Assembly: GCF_032883915.1 (NCBI RefSeq)
Contig: NZ_CP120717.1
Span: forward strand, 1,905,697 to 1,929,696
Length of the DNA: 24,000 bases
Source of the DNA: Endozoicomonas sp. 8E
GTDB taxonomy: Bacteria; Pseudomonadota; Gammaproteobacteria; Pseudomonadales; Endozoicomonadaceae
Direction: 5' to 3'
In this document: positions 1 through 7,339 of the stretch, piece after piece
How the letters are laid out: every line of letters begins with the position of its first letter
Numbering within the stretch: the first letter of the stretch is position 1
Translations under genes and position numbers: made by a program
The notes under the pieces: model-generated
The model's database searches: none
What the model was told of the DNA's origin: nothing
What the model saw: the letters and a program-made list of their open reading frames with translations, nothing else

Positions 1-653
1 TGTATGTAGTCGTACCAGGCACCGTCTGGTGTGGTAATTTCGGTAACAGGCAGGATCTGGTAGTCATCCAGGTGGAGGATACCGGCAGTGATTTCGCGTC
101 CGGTAACAAACTCTTCAACCAATAGTTTTTCATCCATTTGCAGGCCGACTTTCAGCTTGCTCAAAAGGTCTTCATAACCCATGGCAAACTGGACGCCAAT
201 ACCGGAACCCTGACCGGGCGGCTTGATGATGACCTTATGCCCGAGAGATTCGATACAGTCGAGAGTAGCATCTTCATAGTTTTCGCTGCGATAGACGACT
301 CTGTCTCTGGCCATAGTGATGCCGACAGGCTGAAGCAAACGTTTGGTAACCACCTTATCCAGAGAACAGGCGCTTGCCAGGGCTCCGGAACCTACGTAAG
401 GAACGCCCATAATATCCAGAAGACCCTGCAGGCGGCCATCTTCACCATAGGGACCGTGGGCGACCGGGAAAGCAACGTCAACCTGTTGGGCTATGAGTTG
501 TTCCGGAAGCGTTTCGTCGAGCTCAAGGTGGATGGCTCTGCCATAATGTTCTTCCAGACAGGGGGAGATTCGGCTTGCGGAGAGTCTGGATACATCTGCT
601 TCGGGAGACAGGCCGCCGCAGATGACGGCAACCGTTTTGCTTTTGTCAGGCAT
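1..653 (-). CDS. ddl: D-alanine--D-alanine ligase family (ATP-grasp) protein, N-terminal part only; the gene continues past the left edge
   Basis: Not in the ORF track because it runs off the edge. Hand translation of the minus strand from ATG 653-651 gives MPDKSKTVAVICGGLSPEADVSRLSASRISPCLEEHYGRAIHLELDETLPEQLIAQQVDVAFPVAHGPYGEDGRLQGLLDIMGVPYVGSGALASACSL. This carries the Ddl N-terminal GG-S-E-VS and HG-GEDG-QG-L...PYVGSG motifs. Confidence 0.8.
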   Translation of the reverse strand, partial: MPDKSKTVAVICGGLSPEADVSRLSASRISPCLEEHYGRAIHLELDETLPEQLIAQQVDVAFPVAHGPYGEDGRLQGLLDIMGVPYVGSGALASACSLDKVVTKRLLQPVGITMARDRVVYRSENYEDATLDCIESLGHKVIIKPPGQGSGIGVQFAMGYEDLLSKLKVGLQMDEKLLVEEFVTGREITAGILHLDDYQILPVTEITTPDGAWYDYI

Positions 654-736
654 TCGTCTGATGGCTTTTGTTTGGGCTATGATCAGACAAGCCTAGTACA
701 TAAGCCAAATCTGACCAGTCAGGTTAATGAATCCAT

Positions 737-1453
737 TCAGACCCTTCCTCTGTCCAGTTTTACCCTGAGCCATTTAAAAAATTCCGGTGTCGCCTGCTTT
801 AGCCAGAGATGCTGGTATTTCAGGGTCAGCTTTAGCCAGCCTTTATCATGATACTTTCTCGCACTGGTACCCAGCCTGGTGCCACAGGTGTGGAGGAGGA
901 TCCTGTTTTGTCGGGCTTTCCAGACAAATACATGATCTTCACCGTAGAAAGTGTCGGTGGGATAACCCTTGAGGTCGAAAAATTGTGTCCGGCTGAGGCA
1001 AAACCCTTGATCTCCATAGGGGCATCCCAGAATATCGGAGCGGAATCTGGCTCCCCATTCGTTGATGGATAACCAGCAAGTGTCTTTGTCGTAAAACCAG
1101 AGATCAAAGTAGAGCAAGCGTCTGGGATATTGAGCAATGGCATTCAGTAAGCTTTGTACATTCTCTTTGTCCAGTATTGTGTCTGCATGCAGAAACCAGA
1201 GGTAATTCCCTGTAGCTTTCTCTGCGCCTGTATTGAGCTGACAGGCACGTCCCTGTTCTGCAGTACACCAAATCCACTTGAGGTGAAGCAAAGGGTCCGG
1301 AAGCTGATCCAGTTTGGCAGGCCGCTGATTGTCGTCATAGCCAACAAGGATGACCTCGTTACCCTCGGGAAGAAGACTCAGTTGTTCAAGAAGCGTTGGC
1401 CACTGCGGCTCACAAGGGCCCAGTGGCACGATTACAGATAGGCTGGGCATCAT
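737..1453 (-). CDS. Family-2 glycosyltransferase of the rSAM/selenodomain-associated type (TIGR04283-like, accession recalled)
   Basis: 238-aa ORF with LSVIVP at the N-terminus and GRACQLNTGAEKATGNYLWFLHADT, both typical of this GT2 subfamily. Its ATG shares nucleotide 1453 with the stop of the upstream phosphorylase gene (TAATG on the minus strand). Confidence 0.75.
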   Translation of the reverse strand: MMPSLSVIVPLGPCEPQWPTLLEQLSLLPEGNEVILVGYDDNQRPAKLDQLPDPLLHLKWIWCTAEQGRACQLNTGAEKATGNYLWFLHADTILDKENVQSLLNAIAQYPRRLLYFDLWFYDKDTCWLSINEWGARFRSDILGCPYGDQGFCLSRTQFFDLKGYPTDTFYGEDHVFVWKARQNRILLHTCGTRLGTSARKYHDKGWLKLTLKYQHLWLKQATPEFFKWLRVKLDRGRV

Positions 1454-2313
1454 TATCTTTGCAATACTTCCAGCAATGCTTTCTGCTTCTGGCCAAGCGT
1501 GTTCTCAGGAGAGAGTACTGCTGATTTCAGTGCGCTCCTGCACTGGCAATAATTGCTGTCATGAGGTGTTTCTTCCTGCTGTTTCAGATATTGTCCTAAC
1601 AATGCTTTAGCCAGTGTCAGGCTTTTGCCGTATCTGGCAATAATCTGCTCAACGCTGGCGTGGGCTGAAGGGTCCTCCTTCCAGCAATCGTAATCGGTGG
1701 CAATGGCGATTGTTGTATAACAAAGCTGAGCTTCCCGTGCCAGAAACGCTTCAGGCACATTAGTCATGCCGACAACATCGCACTGAGCAGCGTTTTTCAG
1801 GAACAGGCTTTCTGCACGGCTGCCCAGTCTTGGGCCGTCAACACAAGCATAGGTTTTCTCTTTATGCAGTCCTATTTTCGCCAGGTTAGCGGCATTGAGC
1901 AGTTGTTCTGATTGGTGATGACAGCTCGGTATTGCGGTGGAGACATGAGCGACAAGACCGTGACCAAAAAAGCTTTTTTCCCGGTGTCCTTTGACAAAGT
2001 CGAAGTACTGACTGACCAGCGATAATTCGCCCGGCGCAATCTCCTCCTGCAGACTGCCAACCGCAGAAAGGCCTATCACCCGGGTCGCACCCAGACTTTT
2101 TAATGCCCAGATATTGGCCCGATAATTGATTTCATGAGGCAGGAGTTCGTGGCCACTTCCATGTCTGGGCAGGAACAACAGCTTTTGTTGATTAAAAAGA
2201 CCTGTTGTTATTGGGCCTGAGTGAGGGCCATACGGTGTTTCAATGCTCTGCTCATTCAATACTTCAAGTCCATCCAGGCTGTAGATGCCTGTTCCGCCAA
2301 TCACTGCCAGCAT
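1453..2313 (-). CDS. S-methyl-5'-thioadenosine / purine nucleoside phosphorylase family (MTAP-like) enzyme
   Basis: 286-aa ORF with MLAVIGGTGIY, FLPRHGSGH, INYRANIWALKSLG, VVGMTNVPEAFLAREA and ATDYDCW. These are typical PNP/MTAP family motifs. Confidence 0.85.
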   Translation of the reverse strand: MLAVIGGTGIYSLDGLEVLNEQSIETPYGPHSGPITTGLFNQQKLLFLPRHGSGHELLPHEINYRANIWALKSLGATRVIGLSAVGSLQEEIAPGELSLVSQYFDFVKGHREKSFFGHGLVAHVSTAIPSCHHQSEQLLNAANLAKIGLHKEKTYACVDGPRLGSRAESLFLKNAAQCDVVGMTNVPEAFLAREAQLCYTTIAIATDYDCWKEDPSAHASVEQIIARYGKSLTLAKALLGQYLKQQEETPHDSNYCQCRSALKSAVLSPENTLGQKQKALLEVLQR

Positions 2314-2334
2314 TGGGTTTCCTTTTCATTGTGT

Positions 2335-2775
2335 TTAATCAGATATCTGTTGGATCAGGCTGGGAAGCTGATTGACCCACACCCTGATCTCGTCTCTTAC
2401 ACGACGATAGATTGCTAATGATTCTTCTTCTGTATCCACCGATTCAGTCAGTCGGGGAGGGTCATCAAAACACTTGAGTATAATCTGACCCTGCCTGGGT
2501 GTTGGACAGGTTTTATGGGCGTGATCACAAACGGTGATAATAAAGTCAAAATCTTCCTGACCCAGATCATTGAGGGTTTGTGACTGCTGTCGGCTGATAT
2601 CAACGCCAGCTTCCTGCATGACCCTGACTGCAGATGGGTTGAGCCCGTGGGCTTCAATGCCGGCAGAAAATGCTTCATAACCTGAAGGGAGCAGGTTTCT
2701 GGCCCAGCCTTCCGCCATCTGGCTGCGACAGGAGTTGCCAGTGCAGAGGAACAGTATCCGGATTTTAGCCATCAA
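2335..2775 (-). CDS. arsC: Arsenate reductase, LMW-PTP / thioredoxin-coupled type
   Basis: 146-aa ORF with the P-loop LCTGNSCRSQMAEG and a downstream Cys pair VCDHAHKTCP, spaced like Cys82/Cys89 of Gram-positive-type ArsC. Confidence 0.85.
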   Translation of the reverse strand: MMAKIRILFLCTGNSCRSQMAEGWARNLLPSGYEAFSAGIEAHGLNPSAVRVMQEAGVDISRQQSQTLNDLGQEDFDFIITVCDHAHKTCPTPRQGQIILKCFDDPPRLTESVDTEEESLAIYRRVRDEIRVWVNQLPSLIQQISD

Positions 2776-2799
2776 AATTTCCTGTTGTTGTGCAGACGA

Positions 2800-3729
2800 T
2801 CAGAGTTCGCTGCAGGAAGAGCCAAAAGCAAAACAGCTATAGCAACGGTGGTGTTTCATACTGATGGTTTCACTCAGGCTGGTTCGTAAACTCTTGCCAA
2901 GGTTGTACTCGGTATCGTCATCCACCAGTGTGCAGGCGTAAACCTGCATCTGCCCGTTTTGTTTGACCATCATTTTGGAAAACGCGCACATAAATTGACG
3001 ACGACTCTCTTCTGTCTGATAGCGGGTCATACAGTCTGTGCTGACGTGGGGAACATCCGGTAAAGAACCGGGTGGCAGGAAGTCCGGAAAGGCCACCTGT
3101 TTCAAGTTGACGGGCAAACCGTTCAGTTCAAAAAGATCTTTGAAGGCCTGTTCAACCACTGCCGTGTTTTCATCTTTTTCCATATGTCTGGCGACGGAGA
3201 TGTTAAAGCCTTTTTCATGCAGTAGTTTCAGTCCGGAAAGAGCGATGGCAAAGCTGTCTTCACCTCGTCCTGCATCATGTTGTTCAGCGTTTGGATGATC
3301 CAGACTGACTCTCAGGGATATGGGGTAGGGGTTACTGCTCAACCGGGCCAGCTCATCGAGCCTTTTGATCATGGGGGTCGTGCCATTAGTCAGAACCAGG
3401 CAGGGGCGATGCTGTGAGGCATAGTCCAGGATTCGAATAATGTCTTTAATGACAAAAGGCTCTCCTCCCGTAAAAGAGAACTGTTCAACCCCCAGTTCAA
3501 GTGATTCATCAATGTAGGGTTTTACCTCTGTCAAAGTGGGGGCATCCAGCCTCTTGCTGGCCGGACTTGAACCTTCCAGACAAAAGCCGCAGGAAAGATT
3601 GCAGCGGGTTCCGGTATGAAACCAGAGCTCTTTCAGTTGATGAGGTTTGATATAACCTCTGGGGCTGCCATCAGGTGTAAAGTGCCAATCCTGGCTTTTA
3701 GTGTCTGGAGGCGTTCCTGTCAGCAACAT
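2800..3729 (-). CDS. arsS: Radical SAM enzyme with a Cys-rich C-terminus, ArsS-like (arsenosugar biosynthesis radical SAM protein; TIGR04167-like, accession recalled)
   Basis: 309-aa ORF with the CX3CX2C motif CNLSCGFC, FSFTGGEP, and the C-terminal Cys-rich tail HHRCYSCFAFGSSCSEL. Its ATG (3729) overlaps the arsM stop (3720-3722) by 10 nt. Confidence 0.8.
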   Translation of the reverse strand: MLLTGTPPDTKSQDWHFTPDGSPRGYIKPHQLKELWFHTGTRCNLSCGFCLEGSSPASKRLDAPTLTEVKPYIDESLELGVEQFSFTGGEPFVIKDIIRILDYASQHRPCLVLTNGTTPMIKRLDELARLSSNPYPISLRVSLDHPNAEQHDAGRGEDSFAIALSGLKLLHEKGFNISVARHMEKDENTAVVEQAFKDLFELNGLPVNLKQVAFPDFLPPGSLPDVPHVSTDCMTRYQTEESRRQFMCAFSKMMVKQNGQMQVYACTLVDDDTEYNLGKSLRTSLSETISMKHHRCYSCFAFGSSCSEL

Positions 3730-4772
3730 GATCCATCACTTCCTTTGTTTTCATGGGTGGAAGATGAGAAGGGCAGCGAAGTTCCGCAGCCCTCAAAAAT
3801 GCCATAATGGGTGCTGAAGTTACCAATGAACTCGAAGTGTTCACGGAATCTTGTATCGTGCAGCATTCTCCAGGTGTTACCGCAAACCGGGAAAACCTTG
3901 CCTTTGGTAATAGGATGGTGCCCATCCAGGTTGAAGGTGTTGGGATGGTGATCAATTGTGCCTTTATAGATCACAGCCTGACCATAGTCCTCGCAATGAC
4001 TTTCCAGCTCTGGCAGTTTGAACAATCGATAAGTCGCCGAGAAAAACCGGATATCACCGACCTGGGTTTCAATCTTACGGTTATTGATGGTGACAGGTTT
4101 GTCTTCCACCAGTCTGGGGTCAGTGAAACCGGCCTTTTTAGCCAGATTCAAAAAGTCATTCCAATAAAGGGCACCGCTGAGACACTCTCCATAAAGTACC
4201 GGATCATCGACCAGTTCAGCAGGAATGCGGCGATCAGAATAGACGTCAGAGAAGTAAAGTTCGCCGCCTGGTTTCAGCAGGCGCCAAGCTTCTCTCAATA
4301 CTGCTTCCTTGTCCGGAGAAAGGTTGATCACGCAGTTTGAAATGATCATGTCGAAGCTGTTTTCTTTAAGGTTCAGTTGATCCAGTTTTTCAATATAGCC
4401 TTTATGGAATTCAGTGTTGGCTTTTGCGTAGCCGAATTTTTCCCGATGGTATTCGACATGTCGGTTGGCTATGGCAAGCTGTTCGTCTGTCATGTCGACA
4501 CCGACGACATAACCTTCTTCTCCGACCATTTGTGCCAGGGCATAACAGTCACGACCTGATCCAGAGCCAAGGTCGAGTATTCTGGCGCCTTGCAACTGCT
4601 CAGGGCAGACCAGTCCGCAGCCATAGTAATGGCTCAGAACCTCGTCATGAATATTGGCAAGGGCACTTTTCAGGTGGCGTGGCATGGCTGTATCGGTGCA
4701 GCAGGCATTGGTCTGCAGGTCATCGCTGCCCTGCAGAGTCTTGCCATAGTAATTCTGTACTGATTCATGCAT
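3720..4772 (-). CDS. arsM: Arsenite S-adenosylmethionine methyltransferase
   Basis: The ORF-track entry is 3720..4847. I place the start at ATG 4772 (MHESVQNYYGKTLQGSDDLQTNACC), with AAGGA about 10 nt upstream and an 8-nt overlap with the upstream stop. The conserved ArsM cysteines are present (NACC, YYGCG, ISNCVINL, GECLSGA), as are the SAM-binding LDLGSGSGRD and the C-terminal GSCC. The alternative start at 4847 would add 25 aa. Confidence 0.85.
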   Translation of the reverse strand: MHESVQNYYGKTLQGSDDLQTNACCTDTAMPRHLKSALANIHDEVLSHYYGCGLVCPEQLQGARILDLGSGSGRDCYALAQMVGEEGYVVGVDMTDEQLAIANRHVEYHREKFGYAKANTEFHKGYIEKLDQLNLKENSFDMIISNCVINLSPDKEAVLREAWRLLKPGGELYFSDVYSDRRIPAELVDDPVLYGECLSGALYWNDFLNLAKKAGFTDPRLVEDKPVTINNRKIETQVGDIRFFSATYRLFKLPELESHCEDYGQAVIYKGTIDHHPNTFNLDGHHPITKGKVFPVCGNTWRMLHDTRFREHFEFIGNFSTHYGIFEGCGTSLPFSSSTHENKGSDGSCC

Positions 4773-5472
4773 GAGAGGTTTTTCCTTGCTTGAAAATAGA
4801 TTGAATATGTTTTGCCAGTGCCCTTCGGGCAGGTCGATTGTCGCCATTCAGTTCGGGGAGCACTCCGAGCAAATCTTTTAAATGATCAACATCCTGGCCA
4901 GAAGGCGCGTAGCCGACAGATAAGCGGGATTGACGACAAAGACTGGTCAGTGACACTCCCAGAGAGCCTGTGCTCCAGGGCAGCTCTGAAAGGTCAGGCC
5001 AATGAGTTCGGTTGGCCATGATGGTGACGCCGCCATCACTGGCCTTGCTGAATACTGTGTCGTAGGTCTTGAGCCTTTGTGCCGTGTCCGAGAGGTCTTT
5101 GAGGCTGAGTGTCGGACAGTCACTGCCAATATAGATGAGGTTTTCTTTTCCCTGAAGTCTCAGCTCATTGTCGATGTGGTTCAGTCTCTCACCCAGGTTG
5201 CCAGAGCCCTGGGGTACGACCAGGTTGTCCTTGCCCTCCAGAAGCTGACTGGCCCAGTCACAGTCGCTTTCATGAGAGGGAGCAATAACTTTTTGGCCAG
5301 GCCACTCTGATAAATCTTCCAGTGCACAGGCTAGCAGGTGTTGAGCAACAGTGAGCGCCTGTTCTGTTCCCATGTCAGCAGCAAGGCGTTGTTTTCCCTG
5401 GTGTAAGGCGGGCTTTTTGCACACAAGTATCAATGTTGCCTTTTTTATCAGACTCGGTTCGTTGCTTATCAT
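4765..5472 (-). CDS. DUF2064 / CofC-like 'transferase 1, rSAM/selenodomain-associated' protein (TIGR04282-like, accession recalled)
   Basis: 235-aa ORF with LILVCKKPALHQGKQRLA, QGSGNLGERL, IGSDCPTL, ASDGGVTIM, LPWSTGSL and QDVDHLKDL. These match the DUF2064 pattern (KaP-G-vKtRL, QG-GDLGeRm, iGtDcP, DGGYyl, WST, DvD). It is the first gene of the operon. Confidence 0.7.
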   Translation of the reverse strand: MISNEPSLIKKATLILVCKKPALHQGKQRLAADMGTEQALTVAQHLLACALEDLSEWPGQKVIAPSHESDCDWASQLLEGKDNLVVPQGSGNLGERLNHIDNELRLQGKENLIYIGSDCPTLSLKDLSDTAQRLKTYDTVFSKASDGGVTIMANRTHWPDLSELPWSTGSLGVSLTSLCRQSRLSVGYAPSGQDVDHLKDLLGVLPELNGDNRPARRALAKHIQSIFKQGKTSHA

Positions 5473-5770
5473 TATTCTTTGATTTTAATTTCGCTAAGTG
5501 TTCGTAAGAGCCAGACTCCAGCCTGCTACTGCATAACTATACTGCGGAAACAGTTATTTGGATTCAAGGCTGTGATTATTTTTTAAAAGCTCTCTTTGCG
5601 GTTGTCTGCTGGTTAACCTGCCGGGTGTTGTTCTGCTGACAGGGAAAGCTCTGTGATTTGAGTCAGTATAAATCCGGAAAGAGCAATCAAGCATAATACT
5701 GGTGTCAATTCAGGTCGGGCTTTATAATCCTCTCCCAAATTTTTTATTGAATTTCCCCTGGTAACTTTTT

Positions 5771-6862
5771 ATGGGCTTTAAATGTGGCATCGTTGGTCTG
5801 CCCAACGTCGGCAAATCAACACTGTTCAATGCTTTGACCAAGGCAGGGATTGATGCAGAGAACTTCCCTTTCTGTACTATCGAGCCAAATGCGGGTGTTG
5901 TGGCTATGCCCGATCCGCGTCTGAATAAGCTGGCTGAGATCGTTAAGCCTGAACGTGTGTTGCCTACTACCATGGAGTTTGTCGATATTGCCGGTCTGGT
6001 AGAAGGTGCCTCCAGGGGTGAAGGTCTGGGCAACAAATTTCTGGCTAATATTCGTGAGACAGATGCTATTGCCCACGTAGTACGTTGCTTCGAGAATGAT
6101 AATGTGATTCATGTGGCCAATAAAATTGATCCGGCGGCGGATATTGACATTATCAATATCGAGCTGGCCATGGCGGATCTGGAAAGCTGTGAAAAACAGC
6201 TACAGCGAGTCACTCGTGTCGCCAAGAGCGGCGACAAGGATGCCAAAGCCCAGAAAGCCCTGCTGGAAAGAATTGTTCCCCATCTGGAAGAAGGCCTCCC
6301 TGTTCGCTCCATGGCAATGACCGATGAAGAGCAGAAACTGACCAAAACATTCCACCTTCTGACGACAAAACCCACCATGTACATTGCTAATGTTGATGAA
6401 GATGGTTTTGAAGATAACCCCTATCTGGATGTTGTCCGTGGCATTGCCCAGAGCGAGGGCTCTGTTGTGGTAACAGTCTGCAACAAGCTGGAAGCTGAGA
6501 TTGCTGAGCTCGAAGATGAAGAGCGAGATGAATTTCTGGCCGATCTGGGTATGGAAGAGCCGGGTCTGGATCGTGTGATCAGGGGTGGTTATGAACTGCT
6601 TGGACTGCAGACGTATTTCACTGCCGGAGTTAAAGAAGTGCGTGCCTGGACTGTGAAGATCGGCGCGACGGCTCCTCAGGCTGCAGGTGTGATTCACACT
6701 GACTTTGAGCGTGGTTTCATTCGTGCGGAAGTGACGGCTTATGATGAGTTTGTTCAGTACAACGGTGAACAGGGTGCCAAGGAAGCAGGTCGTTTGAGAG
6801 TGGAAGGCAAGGACTACATCGTCAAAGATGGCGATGTTATGCATTTCCGTTTCAACGTCTGA
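5771..6862 (+). CDS. ychF: Redox-regulated ATPase YchF (Obg-like GTPase family)
   Basis: 363-aa ORF with the N-terminus [23 protein letters not shown] (P-loop), [10 protein letters not shown], and a C-terminal TGS-like end ...[15 protein letters not shown]. Confidence 0.95.
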   Translation: MGFKCGIVGLPNVGKSTLFNALTKAGIDAENFPFCTIEPNAGVVAMPDPRLNKLAEIVKPERVLPTTMEFVDIAGLVEGASRGEGLGNKFLANIRETDAIAHVVRCFENDNVIHVANKIDPAADIDIINIELAMADLESCEKQLQRVTRVAKSGDKDAKAQKALLERIVPHLEEGLPVRSMAMTDEEQKLTKTFHLLTTKPTMYIANVDEDGFEDNPYLDVVRGIAQSEGSVVVTVCNKLEAEIAELEDEERDEFLADLGMEEPGLDRVIRGGYELLGLQTYFTAGVKEVRAWTVKIGATAPQAAGVIHTDFERGFIRAEVTAYDEFVQYNGEQGAKEAGRLRVEGKDYIVKDGDVMHFRFNV

Positions 6863-6870
6863 TTCAGTTG

Positions 6871-6901
6871 GGGCTGTCTGATCAGATAGCCCTATCCTTT
6901 T
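6871..6901 (+). terminator. Rho-independent terminator of ychF
   Basis: GGGCTGTCTGA/TCAGATAGCCC is a near-perfect palindrome (one G-T pair) at 6871-6892, followed by TATCCTTTT. Confidence 0.65.
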
Positions 6902-6987
6902 AAACTCCGGGTCATTAACTTCTGGAGAGCCATTGAATGTTGCCACCGACATTGCTCTTGTCCAGGAGGGTTAAAAACAGTTCGCAG

Positions 6988-7023
6988 AAATCTATTATAA
7001 TCTAAAACTATCTTATAAAATCT
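6988..7023 (+). repeat. Left sub-terminal block: four 10-bp-phased AAATCT-like units
   Basis: AAATCT ATTA TAATCT AAAA CTATCT TATA AAATCT. TCT recurs at 6991, 7001, 7011 and 7021, which is one helical turn apart. It lies immediately upstream of the tnpA remnant. Confidence 0.6.
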
Positions 7024-7028
7024 CAAGC

Positions 7029-7328
7029 ATGGATAAGTGATTACTGAAGATAGGTGAGGCAGCTCGTTTGCATGGTACAGACCCAGTAACACTACGAAAA
7101 TCGGAAAGTACAGGTGAGCTGCTTCCTGCCAGAAAGACCAAAGTTGGAACTTGTTACTACGACGTGTCTGAATTGATGGGCTACAGTAACGAAGCTGTGC
7201 CTATGCTTTGCTATTGCAGAGTATCCAGTCACGACCAAAAGCCAGACTTAGACAGGCAGCAAGAGTTACTGGAAGCCTACTGTTCTATAGAAGGTTGGCG
7301 AACTCAGGTTATACGAAAAAATGCTTGA
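7029..7328 (+). pseudogene. tnpA: IS607-type serine recombinase transposase TnpA, disrupted and truncated
   Basis: In the frame of track ORF 7068..7328, reading upstream gives ATG(7029) GAT AAG TGA(7038), then LLKIGEAARLHGTDPVTLRKSESTGELLPARKTKVGTCYYD (MerR-like HTH). This is followed by LCYCRVSSHDQKPDLDRQQELLEAYC (serine recombinase catalytic motif). The frame ends at 7328 after about 100 codons, roughly half the usual length. Confidence 0.7.
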
Positions 7329-7339
7329 GACTTTGCGAG

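Noticed and set aside
138-851. 237-aa plus-strand ORF at the left edge
   Set aside because: It lies antisense to the clearly recognisable ddl-like gene (minus strand, 1-653). Its own translation has no recognisable motifs and low-complexity composition.
3807-4340. 177-aa plus-strand ORF
   Set aside because: It is entirely antisense to arsM, which carries all of its family motifs. This is a shadow ORF.
2800-4772. Selenocysteine recoding in ArsS or ArsM, since both families include selenoproteins
   Set aside because: Both reading frames are uninterrupted, with Cys at the Cys-rich C-termini. There is no in-frame TGA and no need for a SECIS element.
5533-5557. ATAACT...AGTTAT inverted repeat upstream of the arsenic operon, considered as an ArsR-type operator
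   Set aside because: The arms are only 6 bp with a 13-nt spacer. No arsR gene is present, and the repeat does not resemble known ArsR operators. This is too weak to call.
6200-6952. 250-aa minus-strand ORF
   Set aside because: It lies antisense to ychF, which is unambiguous. This is a shadow ORF.
7208-7339. 44-codon N-terminal extension of the tnpB ORF in the track
   Set aside because: The extension overlaps the tnpA remnant in another frame and looks non-protein-like. The canonical TnpB N-terminus (MLLAHKIELRPTK) begins at ATG 7340.
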